The position numbers and the translations under genes are program-made. Shown piece by piece: positions 27,496-37,892 of a stretch of 64,000 nt of DNA. The notes under the pieces are model-generated. The model did not search any database and was not told where the DNA came from. It saw only the letters and a list, made by a program, of their open reading frames with translations. Source of the DNA: Patescibacteria group bacterium (GTDB lineage: Bacteria > Patescibacteriota > SICC01). Location: the NCBI GenBank assembly GCA_040902515.1, contig JBBDXB010000006.1:130219-194218 (forward strand), read 5' to 3'. Each line of letters opens with the position of its first letter. The first letter of the stretch is position 1.

Positions 27496-27572
27496 GGAAT
27501 GTTCCCTTTATCATTGCCCTCCTACTATACCACCTCGACCGGGAGCCGCCCGGCACGCTAGGCTGGATACAT

Positions 27573-29540
27573 ATGTTAGGAATCGCATTCCTGCTTACGG
27601 CCGCGACATTCGGATTTTCCGTGGCATACGTGCTGCCGTTGGCGCTTCGGATCGAGGAACGGTTGTTCGCCGGCATACCGATCGGCCTCGCGGCCGGCGG
27701 ACTGATCGGGTTCCTTTACGTACTGTGGTTCGGCATGGACGCCGGCGCGCTGCTCGTGCCGACGCTGCTCGGCGTGGCCGGGACCGGCCTGCTCTGGCGC
27801 CGCCAGGGCCTTGCGGCGGCCGTCCGGCGGGACGTCGCGGACTTCCGGAAACGTCTCCGCGCCTGGCCGTTCCGGATCGGCGCCGCCTTGTTCACGATCC
27901 TCGCGGCGACGCTCGGTACGATCATGTGGCATGCGCTGTTCGTCGACGGCGGTTCGATCTACGTCAGCTTCAGCAACGTCTGGGGGGACTGGAATCAGCA
28001 CCTCGCCCAGACCACCAGCTTCGCGTACGGCGGGAACTTCCCCCCGGAGCAGACCGTGCTGAGCGGCCAGAAGATCACGTACCCGCTGCTCACGAATTTC
28101 GTGTCGGCGCTCCTGGTCACCGGCGGGCTGGGCCTCCTCGCCGCGATGAAAGTTCCCGGCGTGCTGCTGATCATCGCCGGGTTCGGCATGCTCACCACGT
28201 TCCTCCGCCTGACCGCCGGCCCCAAGGCGATGCTGACCGGGGCGGTCCTGTTCTACGCGTTCGGCGGCCTTGGGTTCATCAATTTTTTCGCCGACCTGGC
28301 GGCGTCCGGCAAACCCCTCGGCGAGTTCCTCCGGCAACTCCCGCACGAGTACACGCTTACCTTCGGTGAGGTGCCGGTAGCGAACATCAACCTGATCAAT
28401 CCGATCTTCGCGTACGTCATTCCCCAGCGCGCGTTCCTATTCGGGCTGCCACTCACGCTGACGATCCTGAGCCTCCTATACGCAGGCCTCAAGGGACGGC
28501 CCCGGGAACCGTTCCTGGCTGCCGGGCTGATCGCGATCCTGCTGCCGTTGGTCCACACCCATTCGCTCGTGTTCCTGGGACTACTCACGCCGGGACTGGC
28601 GCTGCTCACCTGGCGACAATTGGCCGGTCCGCGCAAACGGCGCTTCAGATGGCGGTACCTTATGCCCTGGCTGTACTTCGTCGGCCCGATCCTGGCGCTG
28701 GCCGTGCCGCAGGTGCTCTGGCTCTCCGCGGGGGTCAAGGCGACCGGCTTCCTCCGGCCGCAGTTCGGCTGGACCGCGCACGGCGACTTCCTACCCTGGT
28801 TCTGGCTGAAGAACCTCGGACTCTTCCTGCCACTCCTGCTCACGAGCTTCTTCTGGCTCCGCGGGCGCGATTCGCTCCTGCTCCGGTTCACGCTCGCGGC
28901 CGGCATCGTCTGGGTGCTGGCAAACCTGCTCGTGTTCCAGCCGTGGGACTGGGACAACACCAAGTTCCTGGTCTACTGGCTGGTCCTGAGCATCCCGGCC
29001 GTCGCCGCGCTACTGGTCTGGGTATTCGAGCGCGGGCGGATCGGCAAAGTCACGGTCGTCGCGATCTTCCCCTTCCTGATCCTGGCGGGCCTCGCGGACA
29101 TCACCCGGACGCTGCCGCCGAACCACTACCGCACGCTGATGTTCGACGAACAGGCCCAGCGGATCGCGGAGACCGTACGGCGGGAGACCGCGCCCGATTC
29201 GGTCTGGCTGACCGGACAGCAGGTGAACAATCCGGTCGCGTCACTCGCCGGAAGACGGCTGGTGCTGGGCTACACGGGCTGGCTTTGGAGCTATGGGCTG
29301 GACTACGCCCACCGCGAAGCCGACGTGCGGCGGATGTATGAAGGCGCACCGGAAACCCCGGAGCTGCTCCGGCAGTACGAAATCGACTTCGTGATGATCG
29401 GCCCCTCGGAGCGGGCGGACGAGGGATACGCCGTCAATGAGAGGTTCTTCCGCGAGCGGTATCCGGTCTGGCAACGGTTCCCCGCGGAGCCGGGGGAGAC
29501 GGACGGCCCGGTGAACGTCTACCGGATTTCGGAGGAGTAA
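27573..29540 (+). CDS. Large polytopic membrane protein, GT-C glycosyltransferase-like
   Basis: ~13 TM, WGDWNQHL loop, PWDWDNTKF, C-terminal soluble domain. Confidence 0.7.
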   Translation: MLGIAFLLTAATFGFSVAYVLPLALRIEERLFAGIPIGLAAGGLIGFLYVLWFGMDAGALLVPTLLGVAGTGLLWRRQGLAAAVRRDVADFRKRLRAWPFRIGAALFTILAATLGTIMWHALFVDGGSIYVSFSNVWGDWNQHLAQTTSFAYGGNFPPEQTVLSGQKITYPLLTNFVSALLVTGGLGLLAAMKVPGVLLIIAGFGMLTTFLRLTAGPKAMLTGAVLFYAFGGLGFINFFADLAASGKPLGEFLRQLPHEYTLTFGEVPVANINLINPIFAYVIPQRAFLFGLPLTLTILSLLYAGLKGRPREPFLAAGLIAILLPLVHTHSLVFLGLLTPGLALLTWRQLAGPRKRRFRWRYLMPWLYFVGPILALAVPQVLWLSAGVKATGFLRPQFGWTAHGDFLPWFWLKNLGLFLPLLLTSFFWLRGRDSLLLRFTLAAGIVWVLANLLVFQPWDWDNTKFLVYWLVLSIPAVAALLVWVFERGRIGKVTVVAIFPFLILAGLADITRTLPPNHYRTLMFDEQAQRIAETVRRETAPDSVWLTGQQVNNPVASLAGRRLVLGYTGWLWSYGLDYAHREADVRRMYEGAPETPELLRQYEIDFVMIGPSERADEGYAVNERFFRERYPVWQRFPAEPGETDGPVNVYRISEE

Positions 29541-29934
29541 TCGACGGCTCGCGTCCGTAGGACGGGAGCACCGCCCGGACGGTCTTGCCTGCCTCGAGCC
29601 GATCCCGGACCAGGCTGGCGAACGCCGCGAGCGACGGCACTTCGTCCGCCCCGGCGGGAACGAGCGGGGTGCGGTTCGCGTACGCCAGAGCGTTGGCGAC
29701 CGCCGTGCCGATCCGCAGCGCCGTGAACGGACCGGGACCGCTCACGATACCGATCGCGGCGAGGTCGTCCAATGGCTGCCTGGCCTCCCGACTGAGCCCG
29801 TCGATCCGGGAAAGCAGTTGCTCCGAAAGCTGGCGCCGGTCCACTACCGTGGCCTCGGCCAGCACCGAACGCTGCGTGGCGATCGCTACCGTCGCCGGCT
29901 CGGACACCGTGTCGATCAGCAGGAAGCGTCTCAT
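29434..29934 (-). CDS. tsaB: t6A biosynthesis protein TsaB (short form)
   Basis: LLIDT...GPGPFTALRIG...ANALA; start couples to the tsaE stop. Confidence 0.88.
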   Translation of the reverse strand: MRRFLLIDTVSEPATVAIATQRSVLAEATVVDRRQLSEQLLSRIDGLSREARQPLDDLAAIGIVSGPGPFTALRIGTAVANALAYANRTPLVPAGADEVPSLAAFASLVRDRLEAGKTVRAVLPSYGREPSITPPKSGRRSPGRPSPPAPRGTVARPDTARGRTSH

Positions 29935-30401
29935 CGCGGCAGCTTCTTTCTCAGCCGCTCCGGCAGCTCGATCTTCCGCTCCGTGTCGGTGACGAGGAAC
30001 CGGATGGTCCACTGCGGGATATCCGCCGCAGGCCTGACCTTCTCCCCCCACTCGATGGCGGTGATGACGTCCCGGTCCTCCAGCCGCTCCGGCAGCTCGA
30101 TCGAGCGCAGCTCGGCCGGCGTCGGACGGTCCGGCAGGCGGTAAAGGTCGAAGTGCGCCAGCCGGGTCGAGCGATGCGGCAATTCGTATTCGCGGAGATA
30201 CGTGTACGTCGGGCTCTTGACCGGTTCCCGTACGCCAAGCTCCTCGGCCAAGCCTTGGACGAACGCCGTCTTGCCCGCACCGAGGTCGCCCGTCAGCAGG
30301 AGGTTCTCGCCGCCTTCGAGCGCCCGCGCCATCAACCGGCCGAGTTCCTTGGTTTCCTCGACGGACCGGGTGATCATGACCGGTGGCGCGTTCGTTGCCA
30401 T
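29931..30401 (-). CDS. tsaE: t6A biosynthesis ATPase TsaE
   Basis: GDLGAGKT, SPTY, HFDLYR, IEW. Confidence 0.95.
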   Translation of the reverse strand: MATNAPPVMITRSVEETKELGRLMARALEGGENLLLTGDLGAGKTAFVQGLAEELGVREPVKSPTYTYLREYELPHRSTRLAHFDLYRLPDRPTPAELRSIELPERLEDRDVITAIEWGEKVRPAADIPQWTIRFLVTDTERKIELPERLRKKLPR

Positions 30402-31093
30402 GCGTAGAGTGTAGCAAGCGCGACCGCGAGAGCGTACGGTCCGGCGCCGGGACCGGCCTTGGGGAGCTTGCCGGCCGCGGCCCGCTGCGTCATCGTCCGT
30501 CCGGTACCGGACCCCACCGTCAGCGCCGCCGTGGACGACGGTACCTCGGCGTTTCCGGCGTCCGGAGCGTCGGCCGGTGGCGGTGTCGCCGGATTCTCCG
30601 TACCCGGTGTGCCCGTCGTCGTCCAGACACCCTCGGTGCCGTTCACCCGCGACCACACCTGGTCATCGCCGGCCTTGTCATACGTCACCCGGTCCAGCTC
30701 GGTCCCGTCCAAGAGCAGCAGGAGCGTGTCGCCACCGTTGATCAGGCTCCCGGACAGGTCGTCGAGCAACAGGACGCCGCCCGCGGGCAGGGTGGTTCCG
30801 GACGGCGCGCCCGCCAGCTTGGGCCCCGACACCCTCCTGACTGTCACCCCGTCCAGGAGCAACGGATGGCTGGCGACGTTCTTCAGTTCGATCCATTCGC
30901 GTCCGGTGTCGGCCCCCTCGGGATTCGGCAGGAATTCGTTGATGCGAAGATCGCCGGGAAGCGGGAGCGGTACCGATGCGGCGGATACGGCCGGCAACGG
31001 GGACGTCACCGGAGTCGGTGCCGGACTGGCTCCCGCCGCCGGAAGCGGCACAAGCACGGACAGCAAGATGGTCAGTAATCGTCGCATACGCAT
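30374..31093 (-). CDS. Lamin-tail-domain surface protein with LPxAG sorting-like signal
   Basis: Signal peptide, LRINEFLPNP...EWIEL; C-terminal LPKAG plus hydrophobic stretch and basic tail. Confidence 0.8.
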   Translation of the reverse strand: MRMRRLLTILLSVLVPLPAAGASPAPTPVTSPLPAVSAASVPLPLPGDLRINEFLPNPEGADTGREWIELKNVASHPLLLDGVTVRRVSGPKLAGAPSGTTLPAGGVLLLDDLSGSLINGGDTLLLLLDGTELDRVTYDKAGDDQVWSRVNGTEGVWTTTGTPGTENPATPPPADAPDAGNAEVPSSTAALTVGSGTGRTMTQRAAAGKLPKAGPGAGPYALAVALATLYAWQRTRHRS

Positions 31094-31262
31094 AAGGCGA
31101 TGAACCCGTTTCCCAGTGCCCCCCTCCCTCCGGCAACCTAATGGTCGCTCGCTTGTTACTATAGCTGGCTGCTTGCACCATTGTCAATCCCGCACGGATG
31201 CGGTATGTTCAGGAGCCGATAAAACCCTGCCATACCGCTCTTTTTGCGGTACACTACGTACT

Positions 31263-31565
31263 ATGAACCCGCTCGCACCACCCGAGATTCCCAATCCCCT
31301 GATAGACTTCGACGCGTCGTCGCTGTTCGGCCAGGTCATCGGCACGCTCTTCCTGTGGGCAGGAGCCGTCGCCCTGCTCTTCATCATCATCGGGGGGTTC
31401 CGGTTCATCATCTCAATGGGTAATCCGGAAGGCGTGGAGAAAGCGCGCCATACCGTGCTCTACGCGATCCTCGGACTGATCATCATCTTCCTGTCCTACA
31501 TCATCGTCGTGTACCTGCTTGGCGATCTGCTCGGCGTCCGGCCGGCCTACCGCATCGGCGAATAA
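31263..31565 (+). CDS. TrbC/VirB2-like pilin
   Basis: IIIGGFRFIISMGNPEGVEKARHTVLYAILGLIII. Confidence 0.85.
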   Translation: MNPLAPPEIPNPLIDFDASSLFGQVIGTLFLWAGAVALLFIIIGGFRFIISMGNPEGVEKARHTVLYAILGLIIIFLSYIIVVYLLGDLLGVRPAYRIGE

Positions 31566-31611
31566 AAAAGCGGGCGCATGCCTGCGCCGGAACCATCGGA
31601 GCGAAATCCCG

Positions 31612-32352
31612 CTAGTCTTTCTTGCCGGCGTCGCCCTTGTCGTCGCCTGACGCGTCGCCCTTGTCGTCGGCTCCGGCGCCCTCGCCGTCGCCTTCTTCGC
31701 CCTCTTCGCCTTCTTCTCCCTCACCTTCGCCCGGGACCTCGACATCCTCGGGCGATACTTCCTCGGCCTCTTCATCGAGTGCTTCCATCTCCTCCTGGGT
31801 GCGCGGCGGCGTGACCGTCGCCACGCTGGCTTCCGGTTCGGCGTGGATCTCGACGCTCGCCGGTACCTTCAGGTCCGCCACAGTGATCGAGTCTTCGAAC
31901 GTCGCCAGCGTCTCCACGTTCACCACGATCTCGGACGGGAGGTCGCCTGGCAGACACTCCACTTCGACCTCGCTCAGGTTGGTCAGCAGGGTGCCGTCGA
32001 GCTCGCGGACCGCCGGAGGCGTCCCCTCGAACGTCAGCGGCACGGTCGCCCTGATCTTCTCATCCATCTTTACCTGGTAGAGGTCGGCGTGGAGGTAGAT
32101 ACCGGTGGTGGGGTCGTGCTGGACATCGTGGATCAGCACGCTCTCCTGGCCGTCGGGCAGCTTCACGGCTACCACGGCCGAACCGCCGGCCTTGTGGTAG
32201 ATCCGTTCAAGTTCCCCGCGCACGAGCACCAGGTTCCGCGGTTTCACGCCGTGGCCGTAAAGTACCGCCGGCACCTTGCCGTCACGGCGCAGGCGACGGA
32301 CCTGCTTGCCGGTTTCTTCGCGGGGTTCCGCGCTGAGCGTGTAATCAGCCAT
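31612..32352 (-). CDS. rplY: 50S ribosomal protein L25/Ctc
   Basis: LRRDGKVPAVLYG, HADLY, acidic tail. Confidence 0.95.
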   Translation of the reverse strand: MADYTLSAEPREETGKQVRRLRRDGKVPAVLYGHGVKPRNLVLVRGELERIYHKAGGSAVVAVKLPDGQESVLIHDVQHDPTTGIYLHADLYQVKMDEKIRATVPLTFEGTPPAVRELDGTLLTNLSEVEVECLPGDLPSEIVVNVETLATFEDSITVADLKVPASVEIHAEPEASVATVTPPRTQEEMEALDEEAEEVSPEDVEVPGEGEGEEGEEGEEGDGEGAGADDKGDASGDDKGDAGKKD

Positions 32353-32393
32353 ACGAAATCCAGCTTAGCTGACCGCTAAGCTTGTTGCCAGCC

Positions 32394-32765
32394 TTAGCGT
32401 GCCTTACCGCTGCCCCCGCCGCCGGTCTTGAACAGCTGTTCAAAGTTCCCGTCGAACTCCTTCAGGAACTGGTGCGCGTCCACCACGTGGTCGCTGGTGA
32501 CGGGATTCTTGGCATCCTTGCCCTTGAGATCCTCCGCCGTGACGTCGGACAACAGCTTCGGAGCCTGCTGCTCCTTGCCGCCGGATATCACGATCGTCGC
32601 CATCACGGGCAGACCGCACGCCTCGCAGTCGAGCTGGATCAGCGCGGCCATGTCGAGCTGACCGAGGAAGTGGATGTGATTCTCCTGGTAATTAGCGCCA
32701 CAACTGGGGCAGCGCATCATGGTTTGGATGTTTTTGATGAGCTCTTGGAGCTGGTAGCTATTCAT
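32394..32765 (-). CDS. Zn-ribbon hypothetical protein
   Basis: CPSC...CEAC; C-terminal D..H.FL..FDGNF. Confidence 0.75.
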   Translation of the reverse strand: MNSYQLQELIKNIQTMMRCPSCGANYQENHIHFLGQLDMAALIQLDCEACGLPVMATIVISGGKEQQAPKLLSDVTAEDLKGKDAKNPVTSDHVVDAHQFLKEFDGNFEQLFKTGGGGSGKAR

Positions 32766-32895
32766 ATGTGGTTCCTCAGGTTGAGGCATTGTAGCGTATG
32801 AGAGCCTTTCCGTCAATGCTTTTTTGTATGAACGAGGCGTGCTCGACGGCCTCTTGGCCTCATCGTACGCGGTGAGTGACGAGCGTCAAGAACGG

Positions 32896-33741
32896 CTACG
32901 CGGCCGCGCTGGCGGCGGCGATCTCGGCGATTTCCGTGGTGATCGCCTGCTGGCGGGCGCGGTTGTAGGAGAGCTGGAGCGCGTCCAGCAGCTCGTCGGC
33001 GTTGTCGGTGGCGTTCCGCATCGCGAGCATCCGGGCGGAGTGCTCCGAGGCCTTGGTCTCGAGCAGCGCCGTGAACAAGGTGATCTCGATTAACCGCGGG
33101 AGCAGTGCGGTGAGGACCTCCTCGGGACTGGGTTCGAATCCGAGGACCGCCTTGGGTCCGGCTTCCTGCTCCGGTAGCACGGCGGGGAGTAATCGCTCCG
33201 TGACGGGCTCGCTGCGGAGCGTCGAGACGAACCGCGGGTAGACCAGGTCGATCGCGTCGAGACGGCCCTCCGTGAACTCGCTGACCAACAGCTCGGCGAT
33301 CGGCAGGATGTCCTCGTAGCGGGGAGTGTCGATCAGTCCCGTGAAGTTCGCCGTGAGCGGGAGCTTCCGGGCGGCCAGCGCCTGCTCCGCTTTCCGCCCG
33401 ACCGGGATGAAGCTGGCCTGCCCCGGCCCGTCGGCGGCGGTGAGGCCTGCCTTGAGAACGTTCGTGTTGAGCGCCCCGCAGAGCCCACGGTCGGTGGAGA
33501 TCAGCACCACGGCGCGGCGCTTGATGTCGCGCCGAGCCAGGAGCGGCTGGTCGTGGTCCACGTCCTCCGCGGCCACGGCCTTCAGGACTTCCCGGGCTTT
33601 CTCGCCGTACGCCCGTGCCGCCAGGACGCCCTCCTGCGCCCGGCGCATCTTGGTCGCCGCCACCATCTCCATCGCCCGGGTGATCTGCCGGATGTTGTCG
33701 ATCGAGCCGAGCCGCCGCTTGATGTCGCGGGTGTTAGCCAT
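32896..33741 (-). CDS. atpG: ATP synthase F1 gamma
   Basis: ITRAMEMVAATK, DRGLCGALN, RQQAITTEI. Confidence 0.97.
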   Translation of the reverse strand: MANTRDIKRRLGSIDNIRQITRAMEMVAATKMRRAQEGVLAARAYGEKAREVLKAVAAEDVDHDQPLLARRDIKRRAVVLISTDRGLCGALNTNVLKAGLTAADGPGQASFIPVGRKAEQALAARKLPLTANFTGLIDTPRYEDILPIAELLVSEFTEGRLDAIDLVYPRFVSTLRSEPVTERLLPAVLPEQEAGPKAVLGFEPSPEEVLTALLPRLIEITLFTALLETKASEHSARMLAMRNATDNADELLDALQLSYNRARQQAITTEIAEIAAASAAA

Positions 33742-33742
33742 G

Positions 33743-35242
33743 TCAGGCGAACTTCTTCTTGACCGCCTCGATTACGGCGTCGAGCTGTTGCTTCCGGTCG
33801 TCCGGCAGGGTCGGGTCCCGCTTGAACGCGTCCGTGAACTTCCGGTCCTTCTCTAGTCGTGTGCGGAGCTCCTCCTCGAATGCGTCGATCTTCTCCGGCG
33901 TCACGTCGTCCAGCGCGCCGCTGGTTACCGCGTAGATTACCGCCACCTGGGCCCACTCGGGGAGTGGCTGGTTCTGCGGCTGCTTCAGGACCTCGGTCAC
34001 GCGTTTGCCGCGTTCCAGCTTGGCCTGGGTGGATTCGTCGAGGTCGCTGCCGAACTGCGCGAACGCCGCCAGCTCGCGGTACTGCGCAAGGTCCAGCCGA
34101 AGCGTGCCGGCGATGCTCTTCATGCCTTTGTTCTGGGCGGCGCCGCCCACGCGGGACACCGAGTTGCCGACGTTGATCGCCGGGCGGATCCCCTGGTAGA
34201 ACAGGTCGGTCTCGAGGTAAATCTGGCCGTCGGTGATGGAAATCACGTTGGTCGGGATGTACGCGGAGAGGTCGCCCGCCTGCGTTTCGATGATCGGGAG
34301 CGCCGTCAGCGAGCCATCGCCGTGGTCCTCGCCCATGTTGGCCGCCCGTTCGAGCAGCCGCGAGTGCAAGTAAAAGACGTCTCCGGGGTAGGCCTCACGA
34401 CCCGACGGCCGGCGGAGCAGCAGTGAGAGCTGCCGGTAGGCCGCGGCGTGCTTGGAGAGGTCGTCGTACGCAACGAGCGCGTGACGGCCGCTATCGCGGA
34501 AGTACTCGCCCATGGTGCAACCGGCGTACGGCGCCAGGTACTGCTGGGCGGCGGGGTCGGTCGCCGAGGCCAGGACCACGATCGAGCGCTTCAGCGCCCC
34601 CTGCTTCTCGAGCGTAGCCACGAGCTGACGGACCCGGGATTCCTTCTGGCCGACCGCGACGTAGATCGAGATCACGTCGTCGTTCTGGTTGAGGATCGTG
34701 TCGACCGCGATGGTAGTCTTGCCGGACTGCCGGTCGCCGATGATCAGCTCGCGCTGGCCACGGCCGATCGGGATCATCGCGTCGATCGCCTTGATGCCGG
34801 TATGCAGCGGCGTGTCCACCGGCTTCCGGGTGATCACGCCGGGCGCGATCTTCTCCACCGGCTGAGTTTCCTTGGTCTTGATCGGTCCCTTGCCGTCGAT
34901 CGGCTCGCCGAGCGCGTTGACCACGCGGCCGACCAGCGCTTCCCCGACCGGCACGCTCATCACCTCGCCGCTCCGGCGGACCTCGGCGCCTTCGGTCAGG
35001 CCCTGTTCGTCACCGAGCAACACGGCACCGACGGTGCCTTCCTCGAGGTTCAAGGCCATACCAGTGCGGCCGCCGGGGAAGACCAGCTTTTCCATGGCCT
35101 GCGCGCCGGACAACCCGGAGACGATCGCGATGCCGTCACCGACGGCGATGATCCGGCCGGTGTCGGCCAGTTCGGACGATACCTTCGCCTTTCCGACAGC
35201 GGTGCTCAGTGATTGGGCGATCTGGTCTGCGGTCTTGCTCAT
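33743..35242 (-). CDS. atpA: ATP synthase F1 alpha
   Basis: [28 protein letters not shown]. Confidence 0.98.
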   Translation of the reverse strand: MSKTADQIAQSLSTAVGKAKVSSELADTGRIIAVGDGIAIVSGLSGAQAMEKLVFPGGRTGMALNLEEGTVGAVLLGDEQGLTEGAEVRRSGEVMSVPVGEALVGRVVNALGEPIDGKGPIKTKETQPVEKIAPGVITRKPVDTPLHTGIKAIDAMIPIGRGQRELIIGDRQSGKTTIAVDTILNQNDDVISIYVAVGQKESRVRQLVATLEKQGALKRSIVVLASATDPAAQQYLAPYAGCTMGEYFRDSGRHALVAYDDLSKHAAAYRQLSLLLRRPSGREAYPGDVFYLHSRLLERAANMGEDHGDGSLTALPIIETQAGDLSAYIPTNVISITDGQIYLETDLFYQGIRPAINVGNSVSRVGGAAQNKGMKSIAGTLRLDLAQYRELAAFAQFGSDLDESTQAKLERGKRVTEVLKQPQNQPLPEWAQVAVIYAVTSGALDDVTPEKIDAFEEELRTRLEKDRKFTDAFKRDPTLPDDRKQQLDAVIEAVKKKFA

Positions 35243-35757
35243 GCGATACCTCCTACGGCTTCCGCTACCCGGTCGAGCCGGCCGCCGAGACTGGCGTCGA
35301 TGACGCGCCCGTCGACGGTGGCGCGGACGCCGCCGAGTAGTCGTTCATTATCTTCATACGTTACCAGAGCCCGGCGCGGATCGATCTTCAGAGCCTTCAG
35401 GATGCCACGCTCCGCCGGACCGTTCAACGGCGTGGGCGTTTCCAAGTGGACCCGAGCATACCCCTCCTTCGCCAGCTCCCGGGCGAATGCGTCTGCCAGC
35501 TTGGGAACGGCGTCCAGCTCCTGGTCGACCAGGAGCAGCTCCACCAGGCGGGCCACCGGACGGCTGCAGGGATTCAGCAATGATGCCAGACGTTTGCCCC
35601 GGGCCGGTTCCGGACGCGCGGCGGCGTCGATCAGTCCCCGCTTGAGGTCCGGCGTGGTCGCCAGTGCACCGGCCAGGCCGGCGAGTTCCCGCCACGCTGC
35701 GGCCGGATCGCTGACGACCTGACGAAGGCCGCGGGCGTAGTTACCCAGCTCAGCCAC
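35239..35757 (-). CDS. atpH: ATP synthase delta
   Basis: YARGL, LLGG...IDASL; operon position. Confidence 0.88.
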   Translation of the reverse strand: MAELGNYARGLRQVVSDPAAAWRELAGLAGALATTPDLKRGLIDAAARPEPARGKRLASLLNPCSRPVARLVELLLVDQELDAVPKLADAFARELAKEGYARVHLETPTPLNGPAERGILKALKIDPRRALVTYEDNERLLGGVRATVDGRVIDASLGGRLDRVAEAVGGIA

Positions 35758-36313
35758 GTTTTCTCCCTGCCGGCTTACGTTTCGAGGCCGGCTTGGCCGA
35801 CTTGGCCGGCCGCGCCTGCTTCGAAAGGTACCGTTCCGCGGCGGTCACCAGCCGTTTCTGGTCGGCAGGCTTCACCACGTCGCTGAGGACCTTCCGGGTC
35901 GTCTCTACGGTCAGGACGGCAAGCTCCGTGCGCAGTTCCTCGCGAAGCGCTTCCCGCTCCTGGCCGATCGATGCCTCGGTACGGTCACGAAGCGCCGCCG
36001 CTTCCCGGCGCGCTTCGTCGAGCATCTTGCGGGACGTATCGCTGGCCGCGTCCTTGGCTTCGGCGATGATCCGTTCCGCCTGGGCCCGGGCCGCCTTCCG
36101 CTCCTCGGCGTACTTGGCTTCTGCCGCTTCCAGGTCCTTCCGGGCTTGTTCGGCCTGTTTCAGGGAATCGGACACCTGCCGTTCGCGGTCGTGCATCAGC
36201 GTGGTCAACCGCGGCAGGACGAACTTCCAGACGACCAGCAGCAGGATCGCAAAATTAATGAACTGCACCAACAGCAGCTTTCCTTCGATCCCGAACTGTT
36301 CAAGTATTTCCAT
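35750..36313 (-). CDS. atpF: ATP synthase F0 subunit b
   Basis: QFINFAILL TM plus coiled coil. Confidence 0.93.
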   Translation of the reverse strand: MEILEQFGIEGKLLLVQFINFAILLLVVWKFVLPRLTTLMHDRERQVSDSLKQAEQARKDLEAAEAKYAEERKAARAQAERIIAEAKDAASDTSRKMLDEARREAAALRDRTEASIGQEREALREELRTELAVLTVETTRKVLSDVVKPADQKRLVTAAERYLSKQARPAKSAKPASKRKPAGRKRG

Positions 36314-36340
36314 ACGTTTGGTGAGTCAACGTCTGATCCA

Positions 36341-36441
36341 GGTGCTGCCGGTTCGGCAGGAAAACGCTGTTACGTTTTGACGAACCCGCAATCCCGATTC
36401 CAGGGCGGGTTCGGCGCGTTTTCCGCCGAACCGGCGGTACC
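36341..36441. repeat. Long nested palindrome between atpE and atpF
   Basis: ~26-bp imperfect arms plus inner GAACCCGC/GCGGGTTC. Confidence 0.8.
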
Positions 36442-36447
36442 GTCCGA

Positions 36448-36678
<231 letters not shown>

Positions 36679-36703
36679 TTAATTACTGCTTATGCTTGCG
36701 TGA

Positions 36704-37498
36704 TCAATGGTCATGCGCCAACGACGCGATCTTGATGAACACAATAGTCAGCATAGCAAAGACGAACGCCTGAATCAGGCCGACGAATATCTCCAGCAGG
36801 TAGAACGGCCCCGAGACCGGGATGAAGACCGGCAGGAGCGTCCCGAACACCACCAGGAGCACCTCGCCGGCATAGATGTTGCCGAAGAGCCTGAACGACA
36901 GCGCGATGAACTTGGCCACCTCCGAGATCAGCTCGGTCAACCCGAGCAGGAACGTCGGTACGACCATCAGCAGGTTCTTCACCTTGAGTGGCCGCTTGAA
37001 CAAGTGGGTCAGGTTGACGAATTTGCCAAGGTATTTGAAGACGCCGACCAGCACGAGGCCGGTGGCCTGGACCACCAGGAACGCCACGCCAGCCATCGCG
37101 AACGTCAGGTTGAGGTCGGCGGAGCCGGCCCGCAGCAGCGGCACGAACTCGCCATGTGCATCGTGGCCCCCGACGGTACCGAAGCCGGGCAGCAGGGCCA
37201 CCCAGTTCAGGAAAAGCACGAACAGGAAGATCGTCACGATCAGCGGCGTGAAGCGCCGCGCGAGCCGCTCGTTGTCCATCACCGTGTTCACGATCCCGGT
37301 CAGCTGCTCGACGAGGATCTCCAGCAGGTTCTGGCTGCCGCGCGGGACCGTCCGGAGCTTGCGCGTGGCGACCAGGAGGAACAGGACCAATAGCGCCATC
37401 GCCAGCCAGGTCCCGAGCACGCTGTTGGTGATCGGAAATCCCCAGAGCTCGAAGAGCGGCTCGGCGTGGAGCGCCGGCGTGTGCAGGTCGGCTGCCAT
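36704..37498 (-). CDS. atpB: ATP synthase F0 subunit a
   Basis: LSFRLFGNIYAGE, IQAFVF. Confidence 0.96.
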   Translation of the reverse strand: MAADLHTPALHAEPLFELWGFPITNSVLGTWLAMALLVLFLLVATRKLRTVPRGSQNLLEILVEQLTGIVNTVMDNERLARRFTPLIVTIFLFVLFLNWVALLPGFGTVGGHDAHGEFVPLLRAGSADLNLTFAMAGVAFLVVQATGLVLVGVFKYLGKFVNLTHLFKRPLKVKNLLMVVPTFLLGLTELISEVAKFIALSFRLFGNIYAGEVLLVVFGTLLPVFIPVSGPFYLLEIFVGLIQAFVFAMLTIVFIKIASLAHDH

Positions 37499-37851
37499 CA
37501 GCGCCTCCGGCCGCCTTTCCGGTTCCGGGAAGCGCCGACCTTGGCGCGCCGGGTGCGATCGTTCCCGCCGATCGCTTCGCGCCCGCCGCGCGAGAACTGG
37601 CGGCTTGCCGACGAACGCCGCTCGGTCGGACTGTCTTCCTCGGCCGTCAGGGTATAGACCTCCCGGACGACCACGATGGTCGCCGTGATGCTGCCGATGA
37701 TCACCGCCCCGGCCAGTCCGAACGGCGCCGAGTCGAACAGCGCATCCAATACGAATCCTGCCAGAGCCGTCAGGGCCAACAGGGCCGTGACCTGAGCCAG
37801 GAGCGAAACGCCGATCCAGAATCCTCGCGAAGTCGTGATCTTCTTGGGCAT
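37498..37851 (-). CDS. AtpZ/AtpI-family protein
   Basis: Two TM with G..LD..F...P; first gene of the atp operon. Confidence 0.7.
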   Translation of the reverse strand: MPKKITTSRGFWIGVSLLAQVTALLALTALAGFVLDALFDSAPFGLAGAVIIGSITATIVVVREVYTLTAEEDSPTERRSSASRQFSRGGREAIGGNDRTRRAKVGASRNRKGGRRR

Positions 37852-37892
37852 ACCGTCTTAGCTTACCGCCTTAGTCCCCCGGCCACTACCGG

